The notes under the pieces: generated by a model
Told to the model about the DNA's origin: nothing
What the model saw: only the letters and a program-made list of their open reading frames with translations
Databases searched by the model: none
Sequence record: NZ_CP072383.1
Length of the DNA stretch: 22,886 nt
Source of the DNA: a plasmid
Reading direction: 5' to 3' (one strand)
Program-made: the position numbers and the translations under genes
Shown here: in pieces, positions 8,567-16,448 of the stretch
How the letters are laid out: the number at the start of each line of letters is the position of its first letter
How positions within the stretch are numbered: the stretch's first letter is position 1

Positions 8567-8711
8567 CAAAACTGCTTGCAGTTTTACACCGAATTTTACC
8601 ACACTTAAAAGCTATTTTTGAAAATTATACACAGTCACTTACGCTCGCTTACGCTCACTATTCGGGATAAGAAATTTTTGGGCTTTTTTAGAGCTCCAAA
8701 AATTTCTTACC
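8567..8711. promoter_or_regulatory. structured non-coding region: palindrome, tandem 10-bp repeat and a 14/16-bp-stem hairpin
   Basis: caaaactgc-tt-gcagttttac at 8567..8586. cttacgctcg/cttacgctca tandem at 8638..8657. Inverted repeat taagaaatttttgg (8668..8681) / ccaaaaatttctta (8696..8709) with a 14-nt loop. Confidence 0.4.
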
Positions 8712-8790
8712 ACTCATCCGTTCTTGTGCATAATTTTCAAAAATTTACCGAACTCCGAATCACTTAAATCTTTATTATCAATTTTATCTG

Positions 8791-8940
8791 TATCGTGCTT
8801 TAGCACAAATGAGGGGGTAACGGTATGCTAAACCATTAAGAATTTGCGGGTGATTGTCAAGGTTTGGCGTAGCCAACCCGTAGGGCTTGACCTTGATAAG
8901 CACAGGAGCAAATTTCTTAAACTGGTTGCATACTGTTACC
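8791..8940. repeat. IR-R, the right copy of the 150-bp perfect inverted repeat; carries a promoter-like motif reading leftward into the 94-aa ORF/ardC module
   Basis: Identical to the reverse complement of 6703..6852. The -35 TTGACA is revcomp of 8855..8860 and the -10-like motif is revcomp of 8832..8838. Confidence 0.9.
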
Positions 8941-9029
8941 TCTGATGGTATCACTATTAGCTTAAATCTTCTACATTTCTTTGCGTAAATCTGAGTTTTG
9001 TGTTAGATTTAAGTCCATGTTCTTTAAAG

Positions 9030-9055
9030 GACTAATGCAGGATAGCGACAAGCGC
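9030..9055 (-). other. candidate oriT nic region (IncP/MOBP-type nic core TATCCTG|C on the minus strand)
   Basis: Revcomp of 9037..9044 (gcaggata) is TATCCTGC, an 8/8 match to the RP4/R751-type nic core YATCCTG|Y. It lies 35 to 50 bp upstream of mobC. It is oriented so the mob genes would be transferred last. A nearby 9-bp inverted pair cttaaatct/agatttaag lies at 8962..9024. Confidence 0.5.
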
Positions 9056-9088
9056 CTTAAAGTGATACACCTTAAAAAATAATGTAGT

Positions 9089-9631
9089 ATGATTTCAGAC
9101 AAAAATTGTAGAGTTATTATAACGTTAAATAACTCTTTAAGAAAAAAATTAAATGAAATTTGTGATAAAACTGGAAATAGTTTAAGTAGTTTAGTTGCTA
9201 AAGTTTTATCAAATTATTTTTCTGATGATGTAATGTTTGTTGAAATGCTTCCGTCTCGTGAACTAGAAAAGAAGCAAATTAGAATAAGTCTTACACTTTC
9301 TGAAATTTCTGCATTGGAAATGCACGCAGAAAATCATGGATTTTCGATTAGTGAGGAAATTGTTTTTAGGATTTTATCTACGCTTTCTAACGAACCTAAA
9401 CTTTTGAATGATGAATTATCTGAAATCATAAAATTAAGAACAGCATTAAATCAAGTTGGGCGAAATGTTAATCAGATTGCTAAAAAATCATCTAAAGATA
9501 TAAACGAAAGGGAGCTATTAATAGCATTAAAAAATACTCAATTTTGGATTGATAAATTGGATAAAAAACTTGATGAATTAATTTCAAAAACGGTGGATAG
9601 ATGGGCGTTCGTATCGAAAAAGAATGGTTAG
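9089..9631 (+). CDS. mobC: MobC-family relaxosome accessory protein with N-terminal RHH-like repeats
   Basis: Contains LNQVGRNVNQIAK, matching the MobC signature L.RIG.NLNQIAR. Sits directly upstream of the relaxase. Confidence 0.75.
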   Translation: MISDKNCRVIITLNNSLRKKLNEICDKTGNSLSSLVAKVLSNYFSDDVMFVEMLPSRELEKKQIRISLTLSEISALEMHAENHGFSISEEIVFRILSTLSNEPKLLNDELSEIIKLRTALNQVGRNVNQIAKKSSKDINERELLIALKNTQFWIDKLDKKLDELISKTVDRWAFVSKKNG

Positions 9632-9759
9632 TAAGAAGAGTTAAAAAGGATTCTTCAGTTTCTTATTCTAGCAATAAGAAATTTAGAGAATCTAGCTATT
9701 CCTATAATGCTTCATCCAAACTGAAAACACAGCGTAATTTTCATAATTCTAATGAGGTT

Positions 9760-10335
9760 ATGGTTAAAATTACAAGCAGCGGAAAGAATCTTAAAGCTAT
9801 CAAGTCACACATGGATTATATTTCAAGAAATGGTGATATTCAGTTAGAGGATGAACAAGGGTTAGTTTATAAAGGTCGTGAGGAAGTGCGCGAGCTTAGA
9901 GATTATTTGCGTGATAATGGTGTTAAAATCAAGAAGAAAAATGAGCTTAAACGCGAGTATCGCCAAACGATGAATATTGTTTTTTCTATGCGTGATAAAA
10001 GCATTCCGGAGGAAAAAATTAAGAAGGCTGTTAAAGCCACTTTGAAAAAATTATATCCTGATAACATGTTCGTATTGGCTTATCATGGTGATACGGATAA
10101 TCCTCATTGTCATGTCATTTTAAAAATTGCCGATAACAATGGAAATCGAGTTAATATCAATCTCCATGATTTACAAGAAATCAGAACGCATTTTGCAAGA
10201 TACCTTAATTCATTAAGTGTTGAGGCTAAGGCACAACACCATTCAAAAAATCCGTTAATAAATTGCCTAGCCGAGCTGTCGAAATTGTCGATTTTGGCAA
10301 AGATTTTTATCAGCATAAGCCTGAAAATAAAATGA
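9760..10335 (+). CDS. mobA: MOBQ/MOBP-superfamily relaxase (MobA-like) N-terminal catalytic domain. The reading frame appears interrupted, see 10263..10769.
   Basis: MVKITSSGKNLKAIKSHMDYISRNG parallels RSF1010 MobA MAIYHLTAKTGSRSGGQSARAKADYIQREG with the catalytic Tyr. The 3-His motif HGDTDNPHCHVIL parallels MobA ..ENPHCHLMI. The ORF track extends to ATG 9601 and overlaps mobC; the real start is more likely 9760 (GAGG upstream, short spacing). Confidence 0.8.
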   Translation: MVKITSSGKNLKAIKSHMDYISRNGDIQLEDEQGLVYKGREEVRELRDYLRDNGVKIKKKNELKREYRQTMNIVFSMRDKSIPEEKIKKAVKATLKKLYPDNMFVLAYHGDTDNPHCHVILKIADNNGNRVNINLHDLQEIRTHFARYLNSLSVEAKAQHHSKNPLINCLAELSKLSILAKIFISISLKIK

Positions 10336-10769
10336 GTTATTTTGTGACGTATAAGGGGCAAAATGGCAAAAATGTGACGATATGGAGTAAAACATTAGAG
10401 GAAAGTTTATTATCCTCAGATGTTAAACGTGGCGATGTTATATCGCTTAAAATCAGCCACATTGAAAAAGTTTCTTTGCCTCGATTCATAAATGATAAAT
10501 CGGGAAATATGAGTAATGAAATTATCTTGAATCGTAAGCATTGGAAAGCCGATATTGTTGAACGGTATAAAGGATTATCGTACAAGGCTGATCCATTAAT
10601 TGAATATCAACGTGCAAGACGATTATCAATGCTGAATGCTTTAAATCAAAAAGAACGTATTGCTAAGAGTAATGAAAAAGCCCTTTCTCCGAAAGAGCGT
10701 TATGAGCAAAATAAACGTAAGCTATTAAGTGAACGTAAATTACCGCCTGCACAAGAACGTTTTAGGTAG
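10263..10769 (+). CDS. second ORF overlapping the relaxase 3' end by 73 nt in the +2 frame; likely the relaxase C-terminal region separated by a frameshift, or alternatively a separate MobB-like gene
   Basis: Frame is open from 10230. An A6 run at 10245..10250 lies inside the overlap. The first ATG is at 10332 with a poor RBS; the TTG start at 10263 is the ORF-track call only. Confidence 0.45.
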   Translation: MPSRAVEIVDFGKDFYQHKPENKMSYFVTYKGQNGKNVTIWSKTLEESLLSSDVKRGDVISLKISHIEKVSLPRFINDKSGNMSNEIILNRKHWKADIVERYKGLSYKADPLIEYQRARRLSMLNALNQKERIAKSNEKALSPKERYEQNKRKLLSERKLPPAQERFR

Positions 10770-10772
10770 ATT

Positions 10773-11351
10773 TTATAATGCTGTAGGGCGTAAATCCTCG
10801 AGAATATCACTAGGAAAATAGGCATATATACTTGACTGTGATATGCCTAATTTTTCTGCTATTTTTTTTACCGTCCAACCGGCCTTTAATAGTTCTCTTA
10901 TTATCTCTATATTATCTTCTGTCATTTTAGGCGGGCGTCCTATTCTTACACCCTGTTCCCTTGCAAATTTTATGCCTGCTTTTGTGCGTTCGATGATACT
11001 GTTACGTTCCATTTCTGCAAATATGGACGCAAAATAAAATAACCATTCTCCAAATATTGTTCTTGTGTCTATGTTTTCGATAAGGCTGACAACACTCACC
11101 TTTTTCTCCTTTAGTGTTTCAAGAACCCGGCTTGATTGAGAAATGCTACGTCCTAACCTATCTAATTTCCATACTATGAGCGTATCTCCTTCTCTGAGAA
11201 AAGTTAATGCCTTTTTGAATTCCCTACGGTCATCAGAATTTCCACTCTCCTTTTCAGAAAAAATTTTTTCACATCCGGCATTTCTCAGTGCTTGGATCTG
11301 CATTTCATAGTTTTGTTCTTTTGTCGATACACGGGCATAACCAACTAACAT
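10773..11351 (-). CDS. serine recombinase (resolvase/invertase family)
   Basis: N-terminal YARVST.EQ with the catalytic Ser, a DRLGR motif and a C-terminal HTH (WTVKKIAEKLGISQSSIY). 192 aa. RBS AGAGGTG. Confidence 0.9.
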   Translation of the reverse strand: MLVGYARVSTKEQNYEMQIQALRNAGCEKIFSEKESGNSDDRREFKKALTFLREGDTLIVWKLDRLGRSISQSSRVLETLKEKKVSVVSLIENIDTRTIFGEWLFYFASIFAEMERNSIIERTKAGIKFAREQGVRIGRPPKMTEDNIEIIRELLKAGWTVKKIAEKLGISQSSIYAYFPSDILEDLRPTAL

Positions 11352-11395
11352 AATTCACCTCTTTTTATTCGGATAATAGCTGATTTTACAATGAC

Positions 11396-11490
11396 TTCCA
11401 AAAAGTATTTCTGGAGAACTTTTTAGAACGGAAGGAGGGCGTTTATGAGCTCAATAAAAAAATTCCAAAAACCGATCCGTTTTTGGAATT
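11396..11490. promoter_or_regulatory. res-like recombination or operator region upstream of the recombinase gene: two palindromic subsites
   Basis: Subsite 11461..11490 is aattccaaaaac-cgatcc-gtttttggaatt (perfect 12-6-12). Subsite 11396..11428 is ttccaaaaag-13 nt-ctttttagaa. Confidence 0.5.
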
Positions 11491-11599
11491 TTAGAGGTTA
11501 AATTTAGATAGGAGTTTAGTTGTTACATCCTCTTACTCAACAATTAAGCTCTGTGGTCAAAACTTAAAAAATCATCCCTATAATTGCAAAGATAATAAC

Positions 11600-12448
11600 T
11601 CATAGTGTCCTCTCCTGTTCCTTATTTAAGGAAATTTCAGGCTTTTTTTCGGCTATTTCCTTTTTTTTCGCAACTTCATAGGCAAGTTTAGGATAATCCT
11701 TTTGCCACTGCGGATAGATTACCTGTAATTCACGTTCTATCGAACGTTGTACGGAATCTTTGAGTAACCGGGTAATGGCTTGATAATCGCCCTTATCTGC
11801 GTTTGCTAGCGCGTTGTAATAGTTTTCCCTATCCGTCGGCTCAATAATGGCGATACTGTAACCGGCATTCATCAGTTCAAGATTCATAATTAAACGTCCG
11901 GTGCGCCCGTTGCCATCAACGAAAGGATGAATCCCTACAAAATCCGCATGGAGTTTCGCAATTCGTTCAAGTGCCGGCGTTTGGTTTTCTTTATCCAGGC
12001 GATTTTGTTCAATCAATCGTTCCATGGCGTTTTGTAACAAATAAGGCTGTGGGGGAATATGCTCCGCACCTTGAATCATTACCGGTACACTGCGGTATTT
12101 GCCGGCATAAATTTCTTTCTCTGTGCCTTTCAGTAACAACGCATTAAATTCTTTAATATGGCGTTCGGATAGTGATTCTTTCGCTTTCACTATATCCAAT
12201 AGGTAATTAATGGCTTCCCTGTGGTTGATTACATCCAGGTGATCTTTAAACGGTTTCCCCTTGGCCGTAATCCCATTTTCCAGTAATACCCGGGTTTCAA
12301 TTAAAGTGAGCTGGTTGCCTTCAATCGCATTAGACGCTTGGTTATAACGCAACATAAAATCATCTTGTAAAGATTTTGTCGTAACCGGGTCAAGCGGACG
12401 CTTCGAATCCAATACTTTTTTTAGTTCATTTACAGTATTCATGTTCAC
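11600..12448 (-). CDS. fic: Fic-family protein (AMPylator/Fido), class II with its own N-terminal inhibitory motif
   Basis: Canonical Fic motif HPFVDGNGRTGR. Inhibitory motif (S/T)xxxE(G/N) as SNAIEGN near residue 38. Confidence 0.9.
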   Translation of the reverse strand: MNMNTVNELKKVLDSKRPLDPVTTKSLQDDFMLRYNQASNAIEGNQLTLIETRVLLENGITAKGKPFKDHLDVINHREAINYLLDIVKAKESLSERHIKEFNALLLKGTEKEIYAGKYRSVPVMIQGAEHIPPQPYLLQNAMERLIEQNRLDKENQTPALERIAKLHADFVGIHPFVDGNGRTGRLIMNLELMNAGYSIAIIEPTDRENYYNALANADKGDYQAITRLLKDSVQRSIERELQVIYPQWQKDYPKLAYEVAKKKEIAEKKPEISLNKEQERTL

Positions 12449-12494
12449 CTTTCCATTTTTATGCTTATAAATATTTATGCTTTTGTATAAATAT

Positions 12495-12734
12495 TTATAA
12501 CATGCCTTTTTCTTTTAAATCCTTACTAAGTAAGTCATTAAAATACTCTTTCAACTTAATATCATTAAGTAACGCGTATTTCTTCGCTGCTTTGTAAACA
12601 TCCACCGGAATCATGATGGTAGTTCGTTGTTCGGCAATAGTTACTTCCTCTTTGAGCTGTGGCATAGCCGTTTTTTCAATGCTACCCATAGAAAGCCCGG
12701 ATTTGCTTAGTGTGCCTTTTGTTAATTTACTCAT
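12495..12734 (-). CDS. parG: ParG-like RHH centromere-binding/partition protein
   Basis: 79 aa with C-terminal RHH (TIMIPVDVYKAAKKYALLNDIKLKEYFNDLL). Overlaps the parA stop by 8 nt. Confidence 0.6.
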   Translation of the reverse strand: MSKLTKGTLSKSGLSMGSIEKTAMPQLKEEVTIAEQRTTIMIPVDVYKAAKKYALLNDIKLKEYFNDLLSKDLKEKGML

Positions 12735-13368
12735 ATTGAACTCCTAGTGCAGTTAAAATTTCATTTGTGATTTGATTAATCTCTGCTTTCGCTTCTTTAG
12801 ATTGACTTTCAAAAACCGTATTACCGGAACTTAAGACTTCTGCATAGCTGACGCGTACCGCCGTACTACCCTTTAATAACGGTATTTCAAAGTTTTCGTT
12901 GATAAATTCAATAACTTCTTTAGCTAAATTTGTCTGCTTATTCGTTTGACTGATGACTAACCCGGCTTTGAGCTTATCATCAATTTGCATACGTGCTTGC
13001 ACCAACTCTATCGAATCTTTGCATGCCCAAATATCAAATTGTGATGGTTTCAGCGGGATCAGAATGTAATCGGCAAGTTTAATCGAATCGGTCATGGCTT
13101 TTTCAATACGTGGCGCACCATCAATAATTAAAAAATCCGCTTGGCGACCAAGCGCACGGATTTCTTTTTCGGAGAGCCCTTTATCACAAGCAAACACCGG
13201 GAAGAAATCATCACCGGCAAGCGCATTCCATTCACGCGCGGACGCTTGTGGGTCGGTATCAATTAATGCGACATCAAAACCTTTAAGTTGCAGGCTGCGG
13301 GCAATATTGATAGAAAGCGTGCTTTTACCGCTACCGCCTTTCTGACTTAATACGGATATGACTTTCAT
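12727..13368 (-). CDS. parA: ParA/ParF-type partition ATPase (small type Ib)
   Basis: MKVISVLSQKGGSGKSTLS deviant Walker A. The likely start is ATG at 13368 with a GGAG RBS. The ORF-track N-terminal extension to 13434 is not supported. Confidence 0.9.
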   Translation of the reverse strand: MKVISVLSQKGGSGKSTLSINIARSLQLKGFDVALIDTDPQASAREWNALAGDDFFPVFACDKGLSEKEIRALGRQADFLIIDGAPRIEKAMTDSIKLADYILIPLKPSQFDIWACKDSIELVQARMQIDDKLKAGLVISQTNKQTNLAKEVIEFINENFEIPLLKGSTAVRVSYAEVLSSGNTVFESQSKEAKAEINQITNEILTALGVQYE

Positions 13369-13599
13369 AATAAAGGGTCTCCTTAAAGAATTAAGATTGT
13401 AATGCAACGCGTAACAATGACATGAATTCGGCAAATTCTTTGCCTTTCATCGCCGGAATATGTACCGGTCTGCCAGTTTGGCTTGCGATAAGAAGAGAGA
13501 TAATGATATGATTAAGTTGCATGATTTGTACTCCTTGCTGGGATATAAGTTATGTGCCAACCTCTGATAGTGACCGCTATCGGAGGTTTCTTTTTTGTG

Positions 13600-13905
13600 T
13601 TACCACGAAAATAAGTATATAAGACATAAAAGCATAAATCAATATTTATTTTTTTATATTTTAACATAAAAACATACTTATACTTAAACATGAATATGTT
13701 TTTATTTGAATCATTGTCATTGTTATCAGTTTTATCTATGATGATGGCATTGTTTTAGCCAACACTGAAAAAGTGTTGGACTTAAAATAGACGACGTGGC
13801 TTATATTTCCGCGTTCCTGGCGAAAGGGTAGGGATTTGTAATATCGCTAAGTGTTCTATATCACTAAAGCAATAAAAGCATAAATAAATATTTATGCTTT
13901 TATTT
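13600..13905. promoter_or_regulatory. AT-rich par upstream region with repeated palindromic ATAAAT(N)ATTTAT motifs; candidate centromere/operator, with a palindrome that may also terminate the T4SS operon
   Basis: aaaagcataaatcaatatttat at 13630..13651. 28-bp palindrome aaaagcataaataaatatttatgctttt at 13873..13900. The same core tataaatatttat occurs twice at a 20-bp period at 12466..12499, between parG and fic. Confidence 0.4.
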
Positions 13906-13922
13906 TAATACGTATTTGTTTT

Positions 13923-14255
13923 TTATTTAAACATACATCTTCGACTAAACGGCTTGCGGGCGCATTTGCTCGATAATGCTTGATTAATAGAGTCCTCGTT
14001 AGAATCTGGACACAATTTTAAAAAATTACGACGTTTCTTTAATGTTTCGTGTGGTTTTTTAGCCCGAATTGAATAGAACTTATTTAACGGCGGATGACAT
14101 TCCGGCGTTTTCGCCGCGTCTTTTGGTGAAGATAAGCAAAGTAGAGCTTCACAGGCGGTTTTTGTATCACCGGTTAATTCATCCACAGCATGACTTACCT
14201 GGCTCATACTGCATAAGGCAAGACATATCACAGCGATTTTAAAGGGCTTTTTCAT
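13923..14255 (-). CDS. small secreted cysteine-rich protein (about 110 aa, 10 Cys), unknown; last gene of the T4SS operon
   Basis: Start ATG at 14255 with a GAGGAG RBS (the MSILL.. extension is unlikely). Signal peptide MKKPFKIAVICLALCSMSQVSHA. Confidence 0.6.
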   Translation of the reverse strand: MKKPFKIAVICLALCSMSQVSHAVDELTGDTKTACEALLCLSSPKDAAKTPECHPPLNKFYSIRAKKPHETLKKRRNFLKLCPDSNEDSINQALSSKCARKPFSRRCMFK

Positions 14256-14676
14256 TTTTAACTCCTCTTCTGAAAGTAATATTGACATTATTTTTTAACA
14301 AGTCTTTTGAGTGTGTGCTGATGTTGGCGCTTACCCCATTTGCCTGTAACCAGTATTTATAGGCTTCGGTACGCGCTGGCTGACCGTAGATTTCAATACT
14401 ATCTGCATGATGAGCAAAGTAGAAAAAACGAACTTTTTCTGTTTCATTCACATAATCGCTTCTATCTAAGTTCACATATTGATATACCCAAGGTTGCCCA
14501 TTATGATCGCCGGCGTTTTTTGGCACTATTGCAGTTGGTGTTTGTCGGTACACCTGATTATTTAAATAGATTGCCGGGGCGTCTTCATCGATTTGTGGCG
14601 GTAAAGGCGGTGATGAGCTGCATGCGCTTAAAAAGCAAACAGGGATTAACGTATTCATAATTAAAAATTTTTTCAT
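14239..14676 (-). CDS. lipoprotein (145 aa) encoded immediately after virD4; T4SS-associated accessory lipoprotein, family not recognised
   Basis: Start ATG at 14676 with an AGGAGG RBS. Lipobox FLSAC|S. Confidence 0.6.
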   Translation of the reverse strand: MKKFLIMNTLIPVCFLSACSSSPPLPPQIDEDAPAIYLNNQVYRQTPTAIVPKNAGDHNGQPWVYQYVNLDRSDYVNETEKVRFFYFAHHADSIEIYGQPARTEAYKYWLQANGVSANISTHSKDLLKNNVNITFRRGVKNEKAL

Positions 14677-14709
14677 ATTATCCTCCTGGTTATTCACAGT
14701 TTTTGTGGA

Positions 14710-16446
14710 TTAAATAGATTGGGCGGAAAGCTCACCACTGAACATGGCTTTTTCCAGTTGCGCTTTAGTCGGTAATTTCTTGCCTAATGCACGGAGTTGT
14801 GGGGAAACCGCTTTCAATTTATCGATGAAATAAGGGTCGTTGTAATACACGGCCTTATTACATAGAATCGGTTTACTGTTGTTTAACATCACCACCTCTT
14901 TAAATTCCCCGATTAATCTGAACTCCTGCGGTAAAAGCAACGGTCGCCCGTGGTCGGTAATGCTGTGACTGGACGTTTTTCCGCGACTATGGCTTAATTT
15001 ATCTACAGTACGATTGCCCAGCACTTTTGAATATTCCTCTGCGTCCTCCTGGTTATCCGGGGCGTACAGGATTTTACAGGCGATATTATCCAGGATAGCT
15101 TTAGCACCATCTTTACCGTAACCATTAGGCTTATCAGCACGAAGTTGCCCTTGTGATTGATAAATAATCAATAGGCGTAAACCATAACCGGCGATAAACC
15201 CTACCGATTTATTGATAATGCTCAACATACCGACGGCAGTAAATTCATCCATTAATAGTAATAACTGGTATTTCAATGCCGGATTGGTTTCCGGTAACTG
15301 ATCGATATTATTAGCAATGACCATACTCATGAACAGATTAGCCACTTGCGGAGCCAGGATTAAATCATTTGCCGAAATGTGGAAATAAATCGTGATTTTT
15401 TCCCGGCGCAAAGCACGTAAATCAAAATCACTGGTAGAAGTCGCATGTTCAACGATTTCATTTTGAAAAATGGTTAATGGACTGGTAAAAGTTGAATCGA
15501 TACTACTTTTTGTTTTACCGGATTCGCACGCCATTAAATAAATATTGAGTTTATCGGCGGTAGTTTGGTGAGCAATGCCGGATTGAACGCATAAACGCGC
15601 GTGTTGCGCAAAATCAATATGTTCTATTGAACCGTCTTCTTGCGTTTCATCAAAATCGGCATGTAAGCGTAATAGATTGGCATAGGTCAGTGTCATATCG
15701 GTAAGGCTTTTTTGACGCATATCCCAAAGTAGAAAAGTGGTTGCTACAAAAAGATTCTGTGCCTGGTGCTGCCAAAAGTCTTTATCCGGGTCGCCGGTGA
15801 GCGGGTATAAGCCCATAGCCTGATTTTTTAAATCGAGTTCGGCGCGCGCTCGGTCGCGCATATCAATACAATCCAGCGGATTAAACCGGTGCGTATTACG
15901 GTCAAACGGGGCAAAGCGATAGACTTTTTGCCCTAATATTTTTTGTCGATATTTACTGGTGATACGATAGCATTCGTTTTTAATGTCTTTCACAACCACA
16001 GATTGTTCCCATGCCAGTAAATTTGGAATAACAATCCCTACGCCTTTACCTCCCCGTGTCGGCGCTGCCAGTGAAACAAATTGCGCACCGATAAAGCGAA
16101 GCAGTTTATTACCAAGTTTGCCGACGATAATCCCGTTTTTTTCTTCCAATAAACCCATTTTTTGTACTTCTGATTTTGTGGCAAATTCAGCGTTACCATA
16201 AAGGGATTTTTTAGGTTGATAGAATAGCTTAAGCATGATTAATAAGCTCACTACAAAACTAATAAGGAGAGATTGCCAGATTTTCGGATAATTTCCCAGG
16301 ATGGCATCCAGCGTAAGAGTAGGGTAGTAACGCTTGAACGCTTCAATCAGACGAATTTTATTTGCCAACAGAAGTAAAAGCCCGGTAAGAAAATACGTCG
16401 GAATCATTGTGACAAACAGGAATAGCGCAATATTGGCTTTTTTCAT
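14710..16446 (-). CDS. virD4: VirD4/TraG-family type IV coupling protein
   Basis: 578 aa, N-terminal TM helices, Walker A APTRGGKGVGIVIPNLL, conserved T4CP body. Confidence 0.9.
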   Translation of the reverse strand: MKKANIALFLFVTMIPTYFLTGLLLLLANKIRLIEAFKRYYPTLTLDAILGNYPKIWQSLLISFVVSLLIMLKLFYQPKKSLYGNAEFATKSEVQKMGLLEEKNGIIVGKLGNKLLRFIGAQFVSLAAPTRGGKGVGIVIPNLLAWEQSVVVKDIKNECYRITSKYRQKILGQKVYRFAPFDRNTHRFNPLDCIDMRDRARAELDLKNQAMGLYPLTGDPDKDFWQHQAQNLFVATTFLLWDMRQKSLTDMTLTYANLLRLHADFDETQEDGSIEHIDFAQHARLCVQSGIAHQTTADKLNIYLMACESGKTKSSIDSTFTSPLTIFQNEIVEHATSTSDFDLRALRREKITIYFHISANDLILAPQVANLFMSMVIANNIDQLPETNPALKYQLLLLMDEFTAVGMLSIINKSVGFIAGYGLRLLIIYQSQGQLRADKPNGYGKDGAKAILDNIACKILYAPDNQEDAEEYSKVLGNRTVDKLSHSRGKTSSHSITDHGRPLLLPQEFRLIGEFKEVVMLNNSKPILCNKAVYYNDPYFIDKLKAVSPQLRALGKKLPTKAQLEKAMFSGELSAQSI

Positions 16447-16448
16447 AG

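Noticed and set aside
8638-8657. Tandem cttacgctc repeat as a possible CRISPR or iteron array
   Set aside because: Only two copies with no spacer structure. Too short for CRISPR; iteron function is unsupported because it is far from rep.
6703-8940. Idea that the two 150-nt arms pair in the transferred single strand to build a double-stranded promoter (Frpo-like) for early expression
   Set aside because: When worked through, the duplex promoter would direct transcription rightward from IR-L straight into the bidirectional terminator and antisense to ardC. It would not read into ardC or the 94-aa ORF, so this mechanism does not explain the repeats.
9601-9759. N-terminal extension of the relaxase from ATG 9601 (overlapping mobC)
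   Set aside because: Similarity to MobA N-termini begins at MVKITSSGKN (9760) with the catalytic Tyr 20 residues in. The 53-aa extension is low complexity and overlaps mobC out of frame.
13369-13434. 22-codon N-terminal extension of parA (MPNSCHCYALHY...)
   Set aside because: The Walker-A-containing start MKVISVLSQKGG is preceded by a GGAG RBS; the extension has none and is not ParA-like.
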